NCBI GenBank assembly: GCA_963691875.1
Contig: OY829846.1
Span: 3,648,001-3,712,000, forward strand
Reading direction: 5' to 3'
DNA length: 64,000 nucleotides
DNA from: Aureliella sp.
GTDB taxonomy: Bacteria > Planctomycetota > Planctomycetia > Pirellulales > Pirellulaceae
Positions 1 through 10,298 of this stretch are shown here, in pieces. The translations under genes and the position numbers were made by a program. The first letter of the stretch is position 1. Every line of letters begins with the position of its first letter. The notes beneath the pieces were generated by a model. That model worked only from the letters and a program-made list of their open reading frames with translations, was not told the origin of the DNA and did no database searches.

Positions 1-327
1 GATAGTCAGCTCGCTTTTCGCATGGGTGACTTACTCTTTAGTGGCGATAACATCTATCGCGACGGATGCGTGGGAGCGATTGACGCGCATCATGGCAGCG
101 ACATCCCGGCCTTCATCAGGAGCTTGCAGCGTATTCGCAACTCAGAAATTAAATGGTTGCTTCCGAGCCACGGACCAATCTTTCGCAAAGACGATGCGAT
201 ACTCGACAAGACAATCGCTCGACTCGAGTCTTATTTGCACATGGCGGACTTCGGCACTTGCGCCATCGATTGGCCTCTCATGGACGAGTGGGAAGAAGAA
301 ATCGCTCAAGGCAAAATGCCGGGCTGA
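1..327 (+). CDS. MBL-fold metallo-hydrolase, C-terminal part (truncated by window start)
   Basis: Frame open from base 1 ([10 protein letters not shown]...). It contains LLFSGD and LLPSHGP, the C-terminal metal-ligand motifs of the metallo-beta-lactamase fold. Confidence 0.75.
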   Translation, partial: DSQLAFRMGDLLFSGDNIYRDGCVGAIDAHHGSDIPAFIRSLQRIRNSEIKWLLPSHGPIFRKDDAILDKTIARLESYLHMADFGTCAIDWPLMDEWEEEIAQGKMPG

Positions 328-521
328 TTTTCCCTTAAATGCGTTCAAGTGTGTTTTGAGAAAAACCGGGAATATTCACGTTGTCTAAACGGGCGGCCAG
401 GATAGCTAGCTCACGTGAAACTTGATCGCCTCCGTAGACTTTCAGGAACCTCTTTACATTCGAATTGCATGCCCACATCCTGCGTTGCGTATGCTAGATC
501 CCCAGCTCTTTCTTAACGGAC

Positions 522-1129
522 TTGCTGACAACGGAGCGGTTGTTCCGCTCGGAATCGAATCACACACGCGAACCTCTCTGCCCGATCATACCGTTGTCTA
601 CTGCTCTGCACTGGGGCTTCGAGAGTCTGCATGAGCAAATGTGGCAGTGTGTCTTTCATGGCGTTAGGAAAATCAGCCCCGCTGTGCTGGTACTGCAAGA
701 CATAGATCCCGTCGTAGATGATTCCAATCGTTCCTACTTCCTGAATCAGCTGGACGGCCAGGCTTAATCATCCTGGCAACCACAAATCACCGCGAAAAGA
801 TCGATCCTGCGATCCTGAATCGCCCAAGTCGATTGGATCGAAAGCATTACTTTCATCTGCCAGCCGCAAAAGAACGCAAGAATTTCCTGGTACTTTGGCA
901 GAAACGCCTGCAAGACGAGACCGATTGGCAAGCGGAAGAAATCGACGCACTTGCCAACACAACAGGAGGGTACTCATTCGCCTACCTCAAAGAATTGATG
1001 GCCGGCGCGGTGATGGATTGGATGGAGCATCGCCAAGGCAACCTCGCTAGACTGGTAATGCGTCACGTGGAACTACTGCGCAATCAACTGTCTTCGCGAT
1101 TTAGCAAAACCGAAAGTCCCAAGTACTAG
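522..1129 (+). pseudogene. AAA+ ATPase remnant (frameshifted, Walker A missing)
   Basis: ORF 522-767 has a degenerate Walker B region (PAVLVLQDID...RSYFLNQLDG). A second frame from about 761 reads GLIILATTNHREKIDPAILNRPSRLDRKHYFHLP (sensor-1/SRH) and TGGYSFAYLKEL. No GxxGxGKT is found upstream. Confidence 0.75.
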
Positions 1130-1154
1130 AACTGGTTTTCCAAGTCTTCGCCTC

Positions 1155-3791
1155 CTACTCGGACGCGCGGCGGACGTTGAAGACAGCCTCGAACTGACTG
1201 CCTGAGCCAGCCGATCCCTCCGACTCGACCACTAACCGAATCTTGTACTGTCCCGGCTGGAGGTGCTCCAAATAATTCACGAAGTAGGGCTCTGGACTCT
1301 CGACTTGTTTCACCACCAAGTCCCAACGGTATTGATTGAGTCCTGCCTCGCCATCCAATTTGATGGTCTTTAACAATTCATCCTTGGCTCCCAGCACTTC
1401 GAGCTTCACCTTGCCCGCTTCTCGCAACCAGAACGAAATGACTGTTTTCTCAAAGGGCTTGAAGTTCAATCCTGGGCGCGTGTCGGTGCGCACTGGCAAA
1501 ACTGCTGTCGGCACCGAAAAGAGTCGATTCTCTGACAAGCTGGCCAACTTGCTCGCATGCGCAGTGTAAATCGGCGCCAAATTGACTTTGTAAACCCCGC
1601 GACCGTGAGTACCAACAATCAAATCGAGTTCGCGCTGCTGAATGGCTAAATCACCTATACTGCAGGCCGGCAAATTACGGCCCAGCAGTGACCAGTTTTC
1701 TCCTCGATCGGTGGATAAGTAGACTCCGCGAAACGTTCCGAGATACAAAATATCTGAGAAGTTCGGATCTTCCAGAATCACGTTCGCTGGTTCGTCACTG
1801 ATCTCTCCACATATTTCTTTCCACGTGTGCCCGCGATCCTCGCTGCAGTACACATAAGTGTTCAGGTCATCGTAGTTGATGCCAGTCATCGCAATGTAGA
1901 CCCGCGATGCAACAAAACGCGATGGACAAACGCTGCGCATGTAGCCAACTGGCAGAGCCCCTGATCGCTCTGCCCACAAATCGGTTCCAGGCTCTCGCAC
2001 CCAGAAGGCCCCGCGATCAGTTCCGGCGTAAAGCAACCCTTGCTGAAGCGGGGATTCGACGATCGAGCCCGCCGCTGTGGAATCTCGTTTCTCTTCTTTG
2101 GCGGCTGACAAATCTCCGCTAATGAGCTCCCAGTCGTCACCTCGATTCGTACTGCGAAAAACGTAGTTACCAGCCAAGTAGAGCGTGTTGGAATCATGCG
2201 GCGAGATCGTCATCGGTCCAACGAAGTTGAATTTGAGCTCGCCTTCGTGATTTTCGGGTAAACCTGCCCGTATTCCAACAGAGGTATCGGTACTCATATC
2301 TTTGCGACGAAAGACTCCTTCTTGAGCGCTGAAGTAGACCGTGTTGGGATCGCGAGGATCAATCAGCGTCACGCAACCATCACCGCCATTCCAAGGATCG
2401 ATCCACAAATACTCCCACGGATCCGTGCGGGACGGCCCCAGTTCTTGAGCAAATCCGTAGACCGTTGAGTCATCCTGAGCGCCAGCGTAGATTCGGTAGG
2501 GAACATGATTGTCGACTGCGATGTCGTAATACTCGCCAGTGTGCAAGTTGTTGTGATGTAGCCAAGTCTTGCCAGTATCGTAACTTTGGTAAAGTCCACC
2601 GTCATTTCCCAGTACAAGGTGCTTGGGATTGCTTGGGTCAATCCACATTTCGCAGTGATCCAAGTGCAGACCGCTAGCAGCGCTAGGCACCATGTGATTA
2701 ACCTCCCCGCCGAGCAAATCGAAAGTCTTTCCGCCATCGGTGCTGTGAGCCAATCGCACTCCGAGACCAAAAATTTCTTCGTCGTTTAGCGGATTGACGA
2801 AAATATCCGCAAAGTACCATCCGATCCGCGAGAAGATCTGCAACTTCTCTTCGTGGGTTCGGTGCCAAGATTTTCCTCCGTCGGTCGAACGATAAATTTC
2901 CGCTGCTGCACTTTCAGAAATGAGCGAGCGATGGTCTACCAAGGCGTAAACTTTGTCGGAATTCGTTTGCGAGACCGCTAGACCGATACGACCAACAGCA
3001 TCGCCGGACGGAAAACCTTCAACGCACTTTTCCCATGAAATCCCAGAGTCTGAACTACGATACACAGCGCTGTTCCTGCCACTCACTTCTGGCGCATGTT
3101 GCCACAGCGAAGCGTAGACGATCTGTGGATTATCCTTTGCCCAAACCACATCGTTGGCACCTGTCTGAGAATCTACTGAGAGAACCTGCTCCCAAGTCTT
3201 TCCACCGTCTTCAGTACGATACAAACCGCGATTCTCGTTCACAGTCCAAAAGTGCCCCAACACCGCGACGAGCGCGACGTCTGGATTGTTAGGATGAACT
3301 GCGATTTCGCTGATGTGCCATGCATCGGACAAGCCAAGGTGCCGCCACGTCTCACCAGCATCATCAGAGCGATACACGCCAGTGCCAGGTATCGTATAGT
3401 TGCGAGGTTTTTTTAGGCTTTCCCCTGATCCAAGGTAGATGACGTTGGAGTCCGAAGGAGCCAACGCGATATCGCCAATTCCGTAAGTTGCCTGATCTTG
3501 GAACCTGGGCCCCCATGACAATCCGCCATTGGTAGACTTCCACAGACCGCCAGAACCAAAGGCGGCATACATTGTGCTAGTGTTTCGCGGATCGACCTGC
3601 ACCGATTCGACACGAGCTGAGTTCACCAACGGCCCAACAGGAATCCAGTCAACATCGTAAAGTGTCTCTTGCTCAAACTGCTGGTACCGATCGTAAGAGG
3701 CGACCAGCGGCGACTTCGGCTGTTGCGCAAAAACCTGGACCTGCCCGGAAACTGCAGCGAATGAGCAAAGAAGCAAAGCAATATGACGCAT
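1155..3791 (-). CDS. Secreted BNR/Asp-box repeat (VPS10/sortilin-like) beta-propeller protein, putative glycosyl hydrolase
   Basis: Many S/T-x-D/N-x-G-x-T/S-W Asp-boxes (STNGGLSW, SDDAGETW, TEDGGKTW, STDGGKSW, STDRGENW) and a GTHGRG motif. Signal peptide after MRHIALLL (ATG 3791); the ORF track extends to 3896. Confidence 0.8.
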   Translation of the reverse strand: MRHIALLLCSFAAVSGQVQVFAQQPKSPLVASYDRYQQFEQETLYDVDWIPVGPLVNSARVESVQVDPRNTSTMYAAFGSGGLWKSTNGGLSWGPRFQDQATYGIGDIALAPSDSNVIYLGSGESLKKPRNYTIPGTGVYRSDDAGETWRHLGLSDAWHISEIAVHPNNPDVALVAVLGHFWTVNENRGLYRTEDGGKTWEQVLSVDSQTGANDVVWAKDNPQIVYASLWQHAPEVSGRNSAVYRSSDSGISWEKCVEGFPSGDAVGRIGLAVSQTNSDKVYALVDHRSLISESAAAEIYRSTDGGKSWHRTHEEKLQIFSRIGWYFADIFVNPLNDEEIFGLGVRLAHSTDGGKTFDLLGGEVNHMVPSAASGLHLDHCEMWIDPSNPKHLVLGNDGGLYQSYDTGKTWLHHNNLHTGEYYDIAVDNHVPYRIYAGAQDDSTVYGFAQELGPSRTDPWEYLWIDPWNGGDGCVTLIDPRDPNTVYFSAQEGVFRRKDMSTDTSVGIRAGLPENHEGELKFNFVGPMTISPHDSNTLYLAGNYVFRSTNRGDDWELISGDLSAAKEEKRDSTAAGSIVESPLQQGLLYAGTDRGAFWVREPGTDLWAERSGALPVGYMRSVCPSRFVASRVYIAMTGINYDDLNTYVYCSEDRGHTWKEICGEISDEPANVILEDPNFSDILYLGTFRGVYLSTDRGENWSLLGRNLPACSIGDLAIQQRELDLIVGTHGRGVYKVNLAPIYTAHASKLASLSENRLFSVPTAVLPVRTDTRPGLNFKPFEKTVISFWLREAGKVKLEVLGAKDELLKTIKLDGEAGLNQYRWDLVVKQVESPEPYFVNYLEHLQPGQYKIRLVVESEGSAGSGSQFEAVFNVRRASE

Positions 3792-4212
3792 CGATAACTC
3801 TAATTTGTGTGAAAGGGCCGTGCGTGTGTTGGCGAATCGGACTACATACTCCATCACAAAACGGAGTAGGAATGAGGAGACTTCCGATCTTGCCATTATG
3901 ATTGAGTACTCGCACGTCTGCGACGCGTGCCGAGATATTCTGCAACTGCTACACGATACTCATGCGTGCGGAATTACCCTGAAACTCAACAATTCAACTC
4001 GCCCCACAACCTCAGAAAAGGGCAAAGCATCCCTCGTTTCGTTTCCTTTTCCGTGCTGTGCTCGACCTTACTTCTAGTCTCTGCAACGCGAGTTTGGCGA
4101 ACGCGTGCCTAGGTACAAAACGGTACGACATGGCCGTTGAGCTGTTTCTAGCCCAGCTTGCGAGTGCAAGAAAGCTAGAGACAAAAACGGCGTTTCCTCT
4201 GCAATCGCCTGT

Positions 4213-4545
4213 TTGGTGACAGCATTGTTGGCGAGTGGTAAACTCGAAGACGCCGAGACAGTGCTCAAGAACAACATTGGTAAGAGCTCGGGAATACTGC
4301 GAGCCAAACTGCTCGCTTTGCGGGCAACTCTGGAGATCTTGCGTGGTGAAACCAATGTCGTTGTATGCTTGTGGCCCGTTTCAGACCAAGCTACTGCATT
4401 CATGATGGTTCGATTCTACGAAACTCTTGGATAGGACAGGTCCAAGGCGGTCGCTCTGCGGAGTGCGACACTTGCCACGCGAGAACAAGCACCGACCCCC
4501 CGGCTCTAGACTCCCGTCCTCCTTTATCGAGGAGCTGGCGATTAG
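4213..4545 (+). pseudogene. CHAT (caspase-HetF associated with TPR) domain remnant
   Basis: Reads VVVCLWPVSDQATAFMMVRFYETLG*DRSKAVALRSATLATREQ...PRL*. This matches the CHAT C-terminal consensus SLWxVxDxAT..M..FY..L.....A.ALR.AQ.....P..W, with in-frame stops. A short TPR-like helix precedes it, and the catalytic core is absent. Confidence 0.65.
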
Positions 4546-4546
4546 A

Positions 4547-5494
4547 TCATTCATCAAATTCCGCGATGACGCGTCGCTTTCGATCAACACGCAACTGCGT
4601 GACATCGGGTCGTGAATAATGGCCGGAAGGATCAAAGTTTTGACGAGCTTCATAGACCCGAGCGAGATCCAATTCAGCTGTCAGTAAACAGTCCTTTTCT
4701 TCCGACGGCTCAACGATCCACTCGCCGTCGGGACCTGCGATGCAACTACCACCAGAAGCCATCACTTCAGGACAGTTATCAATCAGCGCATCGTAGTGCG
4801 GCGTACCAGAGGGAATTTCATCTCGCCGCAGTTGACCGCTCACGCTCAGGACAAAAGAGCGCGACTCTTTGCCAATGAATCGTGTTATGTCCTCCGTGTT
4901 GTATATCGAGCCAGGCCAGGAAGCAACGTGCACATTCTCGCCTTGAGCGTACATGGCGGCTCATGCAAGCGGCATCCAGTTCTCCCAACAGTTTAGTGCA
5001 CCAAGACAGAATTCGCCGAGCGGATGTGTCCGCAAACCATGACCGTCGCCTGGAGACCAGACCAGTCTTTCTTCGTACGTTGGCATCAGCTTGCGGTGCA
5101 CAGAAACAACCTCGCCTGCTTGGTCAATGGTGACCAGCGAGCAGTATAAGCTGTGGCTACCTCGATCCGTCGCTCGCTCGATAATGCCAAGCACAACCAT
5201 GCAATTACCGTCCTTCGCTGCTTTGCATACAAGCGTTAGATCTCCGCGTTCGATAACAACCGCTTGTTCGGCGTAGTGCGCGAATAGTTCCTTTTGAACG
5301 GGTGATTCAAAAGTGGCACCGCCAGTTGGACCGAGCCAGAAAGGATAGCCCGGCAAAAGTCCTTCGCCAAAGGCGACGAGCTGGCAACCTTGTTTGGCAG
5401 CCTGACAAACCATTGAAATCACTTTCTCGGTCGTCGCGGTGCGGTCGAGCCAGACTGGGGATATCTGAGCGAGAGCAACATGAAGAGTTGGCAC
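4547..5494 (-). pseudogene. Nitrilase (carbon-nitrogen hydrolase family) interrupted by one in-frame TGA
   Basis: The Glu-Lys-Cys triad motifs FGEGLLPGYP, HRKLMPTYEER and LNCWENWMPLA are intact. TGA at 4963-4961 is followed in the same frame by AAMYAQGENVHVA...FDPSGHYSRPDV. Confidence 0.88.
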
Positions 5495-5677
5495 GAGAGC
5501 ACTTTTGGTATGAGAGCGACGGAATGTAAAAATCTATTGGAATCTCAAACTTGCCCTCGTCAAGCGTAGCAGCAATGACCAATGAAATTGGTCAACAGAT
5601 GAAAAGAGGTGACGATTCAGATAAACTAATACTTGGAATCAGAAACCGGATCTTACTTTTAGCCATGTGGAAATGAC

Positions 5678-8557
5678 ATGCGTCGTCTTGCAAATATTTT
5701 GCTCCTCATCGCCGCTGTTCTAGGAAACATTGTGGGTTACCGAGCCCATGCAGAAGACCAGATTTCCTACGCCAAACAAGTCGCTCCTATTTTCGCCAAG
5801 TACTGTGCTGGATGTCACAGCGGCGCAGAACCAGATGGGGACTTCTCACTGGAAAGCTCGGCGAACCTATTTGCCTCCAACGAAGACGAGGAAATTCTTG
5901 TTGTAGGCGAACCGGCAGAGAGTCGACTGTGGCAGTTAATTTCTGGCGAAGCTGATCCGCTTATGCCACCTGAAGATGAACCCAAACCTAGCGAGGCTGA
6001 GCGGAAACTGATTCGAACTTGGATCGAGCAGGGTCTGCAGGTAGATGCAGAATCCGTCGCAATGCAAAATAGAGAGTTGCCTGCAGCGTCCAAATCCGAC
6101 CAGTACATCGGGGCTATCGAGACCTCGCAAGGGCAGCTGTATCTAGGTCGATTGGGCGAGGTCGCAGCTTGGCTGGTTGAGAACGCAAAGGACGTAGAGT
6201 CTGCCGAACCAGAATGGGTCGCCGATGAGGTGGCAGGCAAAGTCAATGCACTTCGCGCATCTAACGATGGAAATCAACTCCTCATCTCTAGTGGCGTCGG
6301 CGGCGTACGGGGCGAAGTTCTATTGGTGGATGCCGATTCGGGTGAGACTGTCCGGCGCTTCAAGGGACACAGCGATTCTGTTTACTGCGCTGCTCTGAGT
6401 CCGGATGGGACGTTGCTCGCCTCCGGCAGTTATGATCGAAAAGTCATTATCTGGGACGCAAAGACGGGCGAAGTTATTCGCAAACTGACTGGCCACAACG
6501 GTGCAATCTACGACCTGGATTTTGATCCCACGGGCAAAGTCCTTGCCACCGCCAGTGCAGACCAAACCGTCAAGCTTTGGAATGTTGTCAGCGGAGAGAG
6601 GCTCGATACGCTTGGGCAACCCGAAGCCGAGATGCTTTGCGTACGATTTAGCCCGGATGGCAAGAACGTGTTCGCGGGTGGCGCAGACCGACAGATCCGA
6701 TGTTGGCAGGTTGTCTCACGCGACAAGCCGGGAATTAACCCGATGTTGATTGCTCGCTACGCCCACGAATCCGAGATTTTGCACCTGCGCATTCTTGATG
6801 GCAAGTACTTGGCTTCTGCATCCAGCGACAACACGGTAAAGCTTTGGAACCTGTACGATCTCGCGCCCTTTGGTAATTTGCTTGAGCTGAAAGACACACC
6901 GGTTGGCCTAGCAACGTTCGCAACCGGCGAGGCAGCATTGATGGCTTGCGAAATCCGCGGCCAGAAAAGGGTCCTCCCTCGCACGAAGCTTAAGGAGCTA
7001 CTCAAGCTTGCTGCTGAGGCCGCATCCAAGCCGCACAACCAATCAGAACAAACCCTGACACCCCAAAAGACGATTACTCACGAATTGGTCGAGTTTCAGG
7101 AGACGGAACCCAACAACTCATTCGCAGATACTACTAAGCTGGATTTACCCGCCACCATTCGTGGTGGCATCAGCGAAGCTACGAACGGGCGTGGAGATCA
7201 AGACCTGTATCGTTTCGCGGCTGAGGCCGGGCAGAGTTGGATCATCGAAGCCAAAGCAGTTGGCAAGAACGCCAAGCTCGACAGCTTTGTCGACATCTTG
7301 GATAGTTTTGGCGAACCAGTTTTGCGGACACGATTGCAAGCACTTCGCGAGTCTTATTTCACTTTCCGTGGCAAAGATAGTAGCACGAGCGACGACTATC
7401 GACTGCACAAGTGGGAAGATATGGAACTCGACGAGTACCTCTACTCAGGTGGAGAAGTGAATCGATTGTGGTTGTATCCGCGCGGTCCCGATTCGGGCTT
7501 CAAAGTCTACCCGGGTTTTGGCAAGCGTTATTCCTTTTTTGACACCACACCAATTTCGCATGCTCTTGGCGACGTCGCCTATGTTGTTCGCGAATTGGGG
7601 CGAGACGAAGTCGCTTTGCCCAACGGCTTACCTGTCTTTCCGATCTACTATGAAAACGACGATGACGGTGAACGAAGAGACGGTAAGAACTCCAGATTGC
7701 ATTTCGATGCTCCAAAGACGGGTGACTATTTCTTGCGGATTCGGGATGCTCGCGGTTTCGGCGGAGAAGACTTTGCGTACGAGGTCAAGATCCGCCAGCC
7801 CAAGCCTGACTTTTCTATCACGGTTTCCGGTAGCAAAATGGAAATGCCACTTGAAAGCGGGCGTGAATGGAAAGTCACAGCAAAGCGCACCGACGGATTC
7901 GCTGGCCCCATCTCGATAACGATGAATGGTCTGCCGGAAGGTTTTGTCGCAACGAACCCGCTTATCATCGAGGCAGGGCAGCAAACCGCACTGGGTTCGA
8001 TCTACGCGACGAGTAGAGCACAGATCGCCTCACCACAGCAAGTTGTAGAACCGGAAGAAGGTGATTCTGCCCGGGAAAAACCGGACGCAAAAGAACCTGA
8101 TGAAAAGAAGCCAGCCATGGCAGAGGTTCAGTTGACGGCTCGAGCCAACGTCGATGGGCAAGAAATTACCCACGAACTGAAAACCAAACTTCTGATCTCG
8201 CTAAAGGAAATCAAGGAAGTCCAGCTGCAGTTGGTGGACATCAAGACTGGCAAAGAACTCGATGAGTTAAAACTCGCGCCTGGCCAAACGATTTCGGCCA
8301 AAGTCGTCGTGCAACGCAATGGAACTACGAGCCGGATTGGATTCGGCAAAGATGATTCGGGACGCAACCTGCCACATGGTGCCTTCGTCGACAATATCGG
8401 TTTGAATGGCCTGTTGATCACGGAGCAGGTAAACGAACGCGAGTTCTTTATCACTGGCGCTCCCAAAGTTCCGGCTGGCCGAAGGCAGTTTCACCTTCGT
8501 GCCGACAGCAAGGGGAATCCAACCAGCAAGCCAGTTTGGATCGAAATCACTCGTTGA
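5678..8557 (+). CDS. Secreted planctomycete cytochrome c domain + WD40 repeats + PPC-like (pre-peptidase) domain protein
   Basis: Signal peptide, CAGCH haem motif with MPP...L...E...IRTWI, GH...WD-type WD40 repeats, ETEPNN and DQDLYRF PPC-like motifs. Confidence 0.8.
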   Translation: MRRLANILLLIAAVLGNIVGYRAHAEDQISYAKQVAPIFAKYCAGCHSGAEPDGDFSLESSANLFASNEDEEILVVGEPAESRLWQLISGEADPLMPPEDEPKPSEAERKLIRTWIEQGLQVDAESVAMQNRELPAASKSDQYIGAIETSQGQLYLGRLGEVAAWLVENAKDVESAEPEWVADEVAGKVNALRASNDGNQLLISSGVGGVRGEVLLVDADSGETVRRFKGHSDSVYCAALSPDGTLLASGSYDRKVIIWDAKTGEVIRKLTGHNGAIYDLDFDPTGKVLATASADQTVKLWNVVSGERLDTLGQPEAEMLCVRFSPDGKNVFAGGADRQIRCWQVVSRDKPGINPMLIARYAHESEILHLRILDGKYLASASSDNTVKLWNLYDLAPFGNLLELKDTPVGLATFATGEAALMACEIRGQKRVLPRTKLKELLKLAAEAASKPHNQSEQTLTPQKTITHELVEFQETEPNNSFADTTKLDLPATIRGGISEATNGRGDQDLYRFAAEAGQSWIIEAKAVGKNAKLDSFVDILDSFGEPVLRTRLQALRESYFTFRGKDSSTSDDYRLHKWEDMELDEYLYSGGEVNRLWLYPRGPDSGFKVYPGFGKRYSFFDTTPISHALGDVAYVVRELGRDEVALPNGLPVFPIYYENDDDGERRDGKNSRLHFDAPKTGDYFLRIRDARGFGGEDFAYEVKIRQPKPDFSITVSGSKMEMPLESGREWKVTAKRTDGFAGPISITMNGLPEGFVATNPLIIEAGQQTALGSIYATSRAQIASPQQVVEPEEGDSAREKPDAKEPDEKKPAMAEVQLTARANVDGQEITHELKTKLLISLKEIKEVQLQLVDIKTGKELDELKLAPGQTISAKVVVQRNGTTSRIGFGKDDSGRNLPHGAFVDNIGLNGLLITEQVNEREFFITGAPKVPAGRRQFHLRADSKGNPTSKPVWIEITR

Positions 8558-8708
8558 GGGGCAGGCGGATAACAATTGGAGTTGAAGGAAATACCCAAGC
8601 AGTCGGGCGATGGCAACTCTCAAGCCAGCAAGGCTCTATGTTGCACTTCCTCTTCGAATCCAACAACGAATGTGAAACCAGCTACTACACGATCACGGCC
8701 TCACCATT

Positions 8709-10193
8709 TTACGTTCCGCAAAAAGTTCGGTAACAAGTGCCTGGAGGTGGAGTTTCGCGATACGCAGCAGTCGTCCCGTCGCAAGAAAAAGGACTACTCA
8801 GGACTGTCAACAACTTCTGGAACGGATCGAGATTTCCTTCTTCGGCCGCCATGAGCGCCTCTTCGACACGATGATTCCTAGGAATCACCGCAGGATTCGC
8901 TTGCGTCATCAGCTTGATGGCAGCTTCGGCAGATTGCCCTTCGGACTCAAGCCGGACAAGCCAGTTTTGATGCCAAGTTGCAAAAGCTGCGTCGCTAGAT
9001 TCTTCCTCGCTCAAAGCTGTTGGCGACAGGTCAGCAAAAGTATTGGTGAAGTCAGCCTCGTTCTGCTCCATCCAGCTTAGTAGTTCATTGACTAAAGAGC
9101 GATCACCAGCCTGCTGCGATGCAAGTCCTAATTTTCTTAGCATACCATCGAGCCATGCTGATTCGTGCTGTTCCGGAAACTGATGTAAGGCATCCGTTGC
9201 GATCTCGATCGCCTTATCTTGATCTTCATCGAAAAGTGGAATCAGCGTTTCCGCAAACCTTGCCAAATTCCACTGGGCGATCGGGGGCTGGTTGGAATAT
9301 GCATAGCGCCCGCCATGATCAATGCTGCTAAACACTGTGCCAGGATGGTATCGATCCATAAAAGCACACGGACCATAGTCGATCGTCTCACCGCCAATGG
9401 ACATGTTGTCCGTGTTCATCACGCCATGAACGAAACCGACCAACTGCCACTTGGCAACAAGCTTCGCTTGAACACCGATAACGCGTTTCAGGAACTCGAA
9501 GTAGCGTGAAGGCTCATCGACTTCGGCAAGGTCCGAATAGTGCCGCTGAATAGTGTAGTCCGCAAGAGACTTGAGTGCTTCGGGGTTCTTGATCGCGGCT
9601 AAGTATTGAAAAGTACCAACTCTTATGTGACTAGAAGCGACACGCAAAAGCACCGCGCCAGGCAACGGCGACTCGCGATAGACGGACTCACCAGTCGTCG
9701 CCACCCCAAGGCTACGCGTGGAAGGAATTCCAAGCGCATGCATGGCTTCACTGATTATGTACTCCCGCAGCATGGGGCCAAGAGCGGCTCGACCATCACC
9801 GCGGCGCGAATAAGGCGTTTCGCCCGAACCTTTGAACTGCAAATCCCAGAGCTTGCCATCCGGTCCGCGCTGCTCACCCAACAAAACAGCTCGGCCATCG
9901 CCCAACATCGTGAATCCGCCGAATTGGTGGCCCGCGTAGGCCTGGGCGATCGGCTGCGAATCGCTCGGCAGCAATTGCCCGGTGAACAGCTGTGCTAGTT
10001 CTTCGTCTGCCGCCGCCGAAAAATCCAACCCGATTTCTTCAGCTAGCGGATGGTTGGCGACCACCAACTTTGGGTCTGGGAAACGGCCTGGTTGTGCTGA
10101 TTGATGCATGACATCTGGAAGCGATGCATAAGTGTGCTCCAGATTCCAGCCTTGCGAATTCAGACTGTCTGTGGCGGACGTAGATTGCGACAC
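8709..10193 (-). CDS. selO: Protein adenylyltransferase SelO/YdiU
   Basis: AQAYAGHQFG, LGDGRA, KGSGETPYSRRGDGRA, GFVHGVMNTDN, IDYGPC, IPRNH and C-terminal TFCGT. Confidence 0.95.
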   Translation of the reverse strand: MSQSTSATDSLNSQGWNLEHTYASLPDVMHQSAQPGRFPDPKLVVANHPLAEEIGLDFSAAADEELAQLFTGQLLPSDSQPIAQAYAGHQFGGFTMLGDGRAVLLGEQRGPDGKLWDLQFKGSGETPYSRRGDGRAALGPMLREYIISEAMHALGIPSTRSLGVATTGESVYRESPLPGAVLLRVASSHIRVGTFQYLAAIKNPEALKSLADYTIQRHYSDLAEVDEPSRYFEFLKRVIGVQAKLVAKWQLVGFVHGVMNTDNMSIGGETIDYGPCAFMDRYHPGTVFSSIDHGGRYAYSNQPPIAQWNLARFAETLIPLFDEDQDKAIEIATDALHQFPEQHESAWLDGMLRKLGLASQQAGDRSLVNELLSWMEQNEADFTNTFADLSPTALSEEESSDAAFATWHQNWLVRLESEGQSAEAAIKLMTQANPAVIPRNHRVEEALMAAEEGNLDPFQKLLTVLSSPFSCDGTTAAYRETPPPGTCYRTFCGT

Positions 10194-10298
10194 AATGAAA
10201 TTTCCGAGGATAGGTTTGCTGCCTGAACAATGTTAGCAGGCTTGAGATCAGCGTCGAAGGACTCTAGCGGATTGAAAAATCCCTGAAGACCGCAGCCA

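Noticed and set aside
4961..4963. Selenocysteine or UGA recoding in the nitrilase (selO lies nearby)
   Set aside because: The position corresponds to a conserved Arg, and TGA is used as a normal stop by many genes in the window. Proximity to selO is incidental, and this SelO ends in Cys (TFCGT).
8565..8577. GCGGATAACAATT, identical to the right part of the E. coli lac operator
   Set aside because: Only 13 bp match, the left arm (AATTGTGA) is absent, there is no other vector sequence, and it lies between convergent gene ends. Most likely chance.
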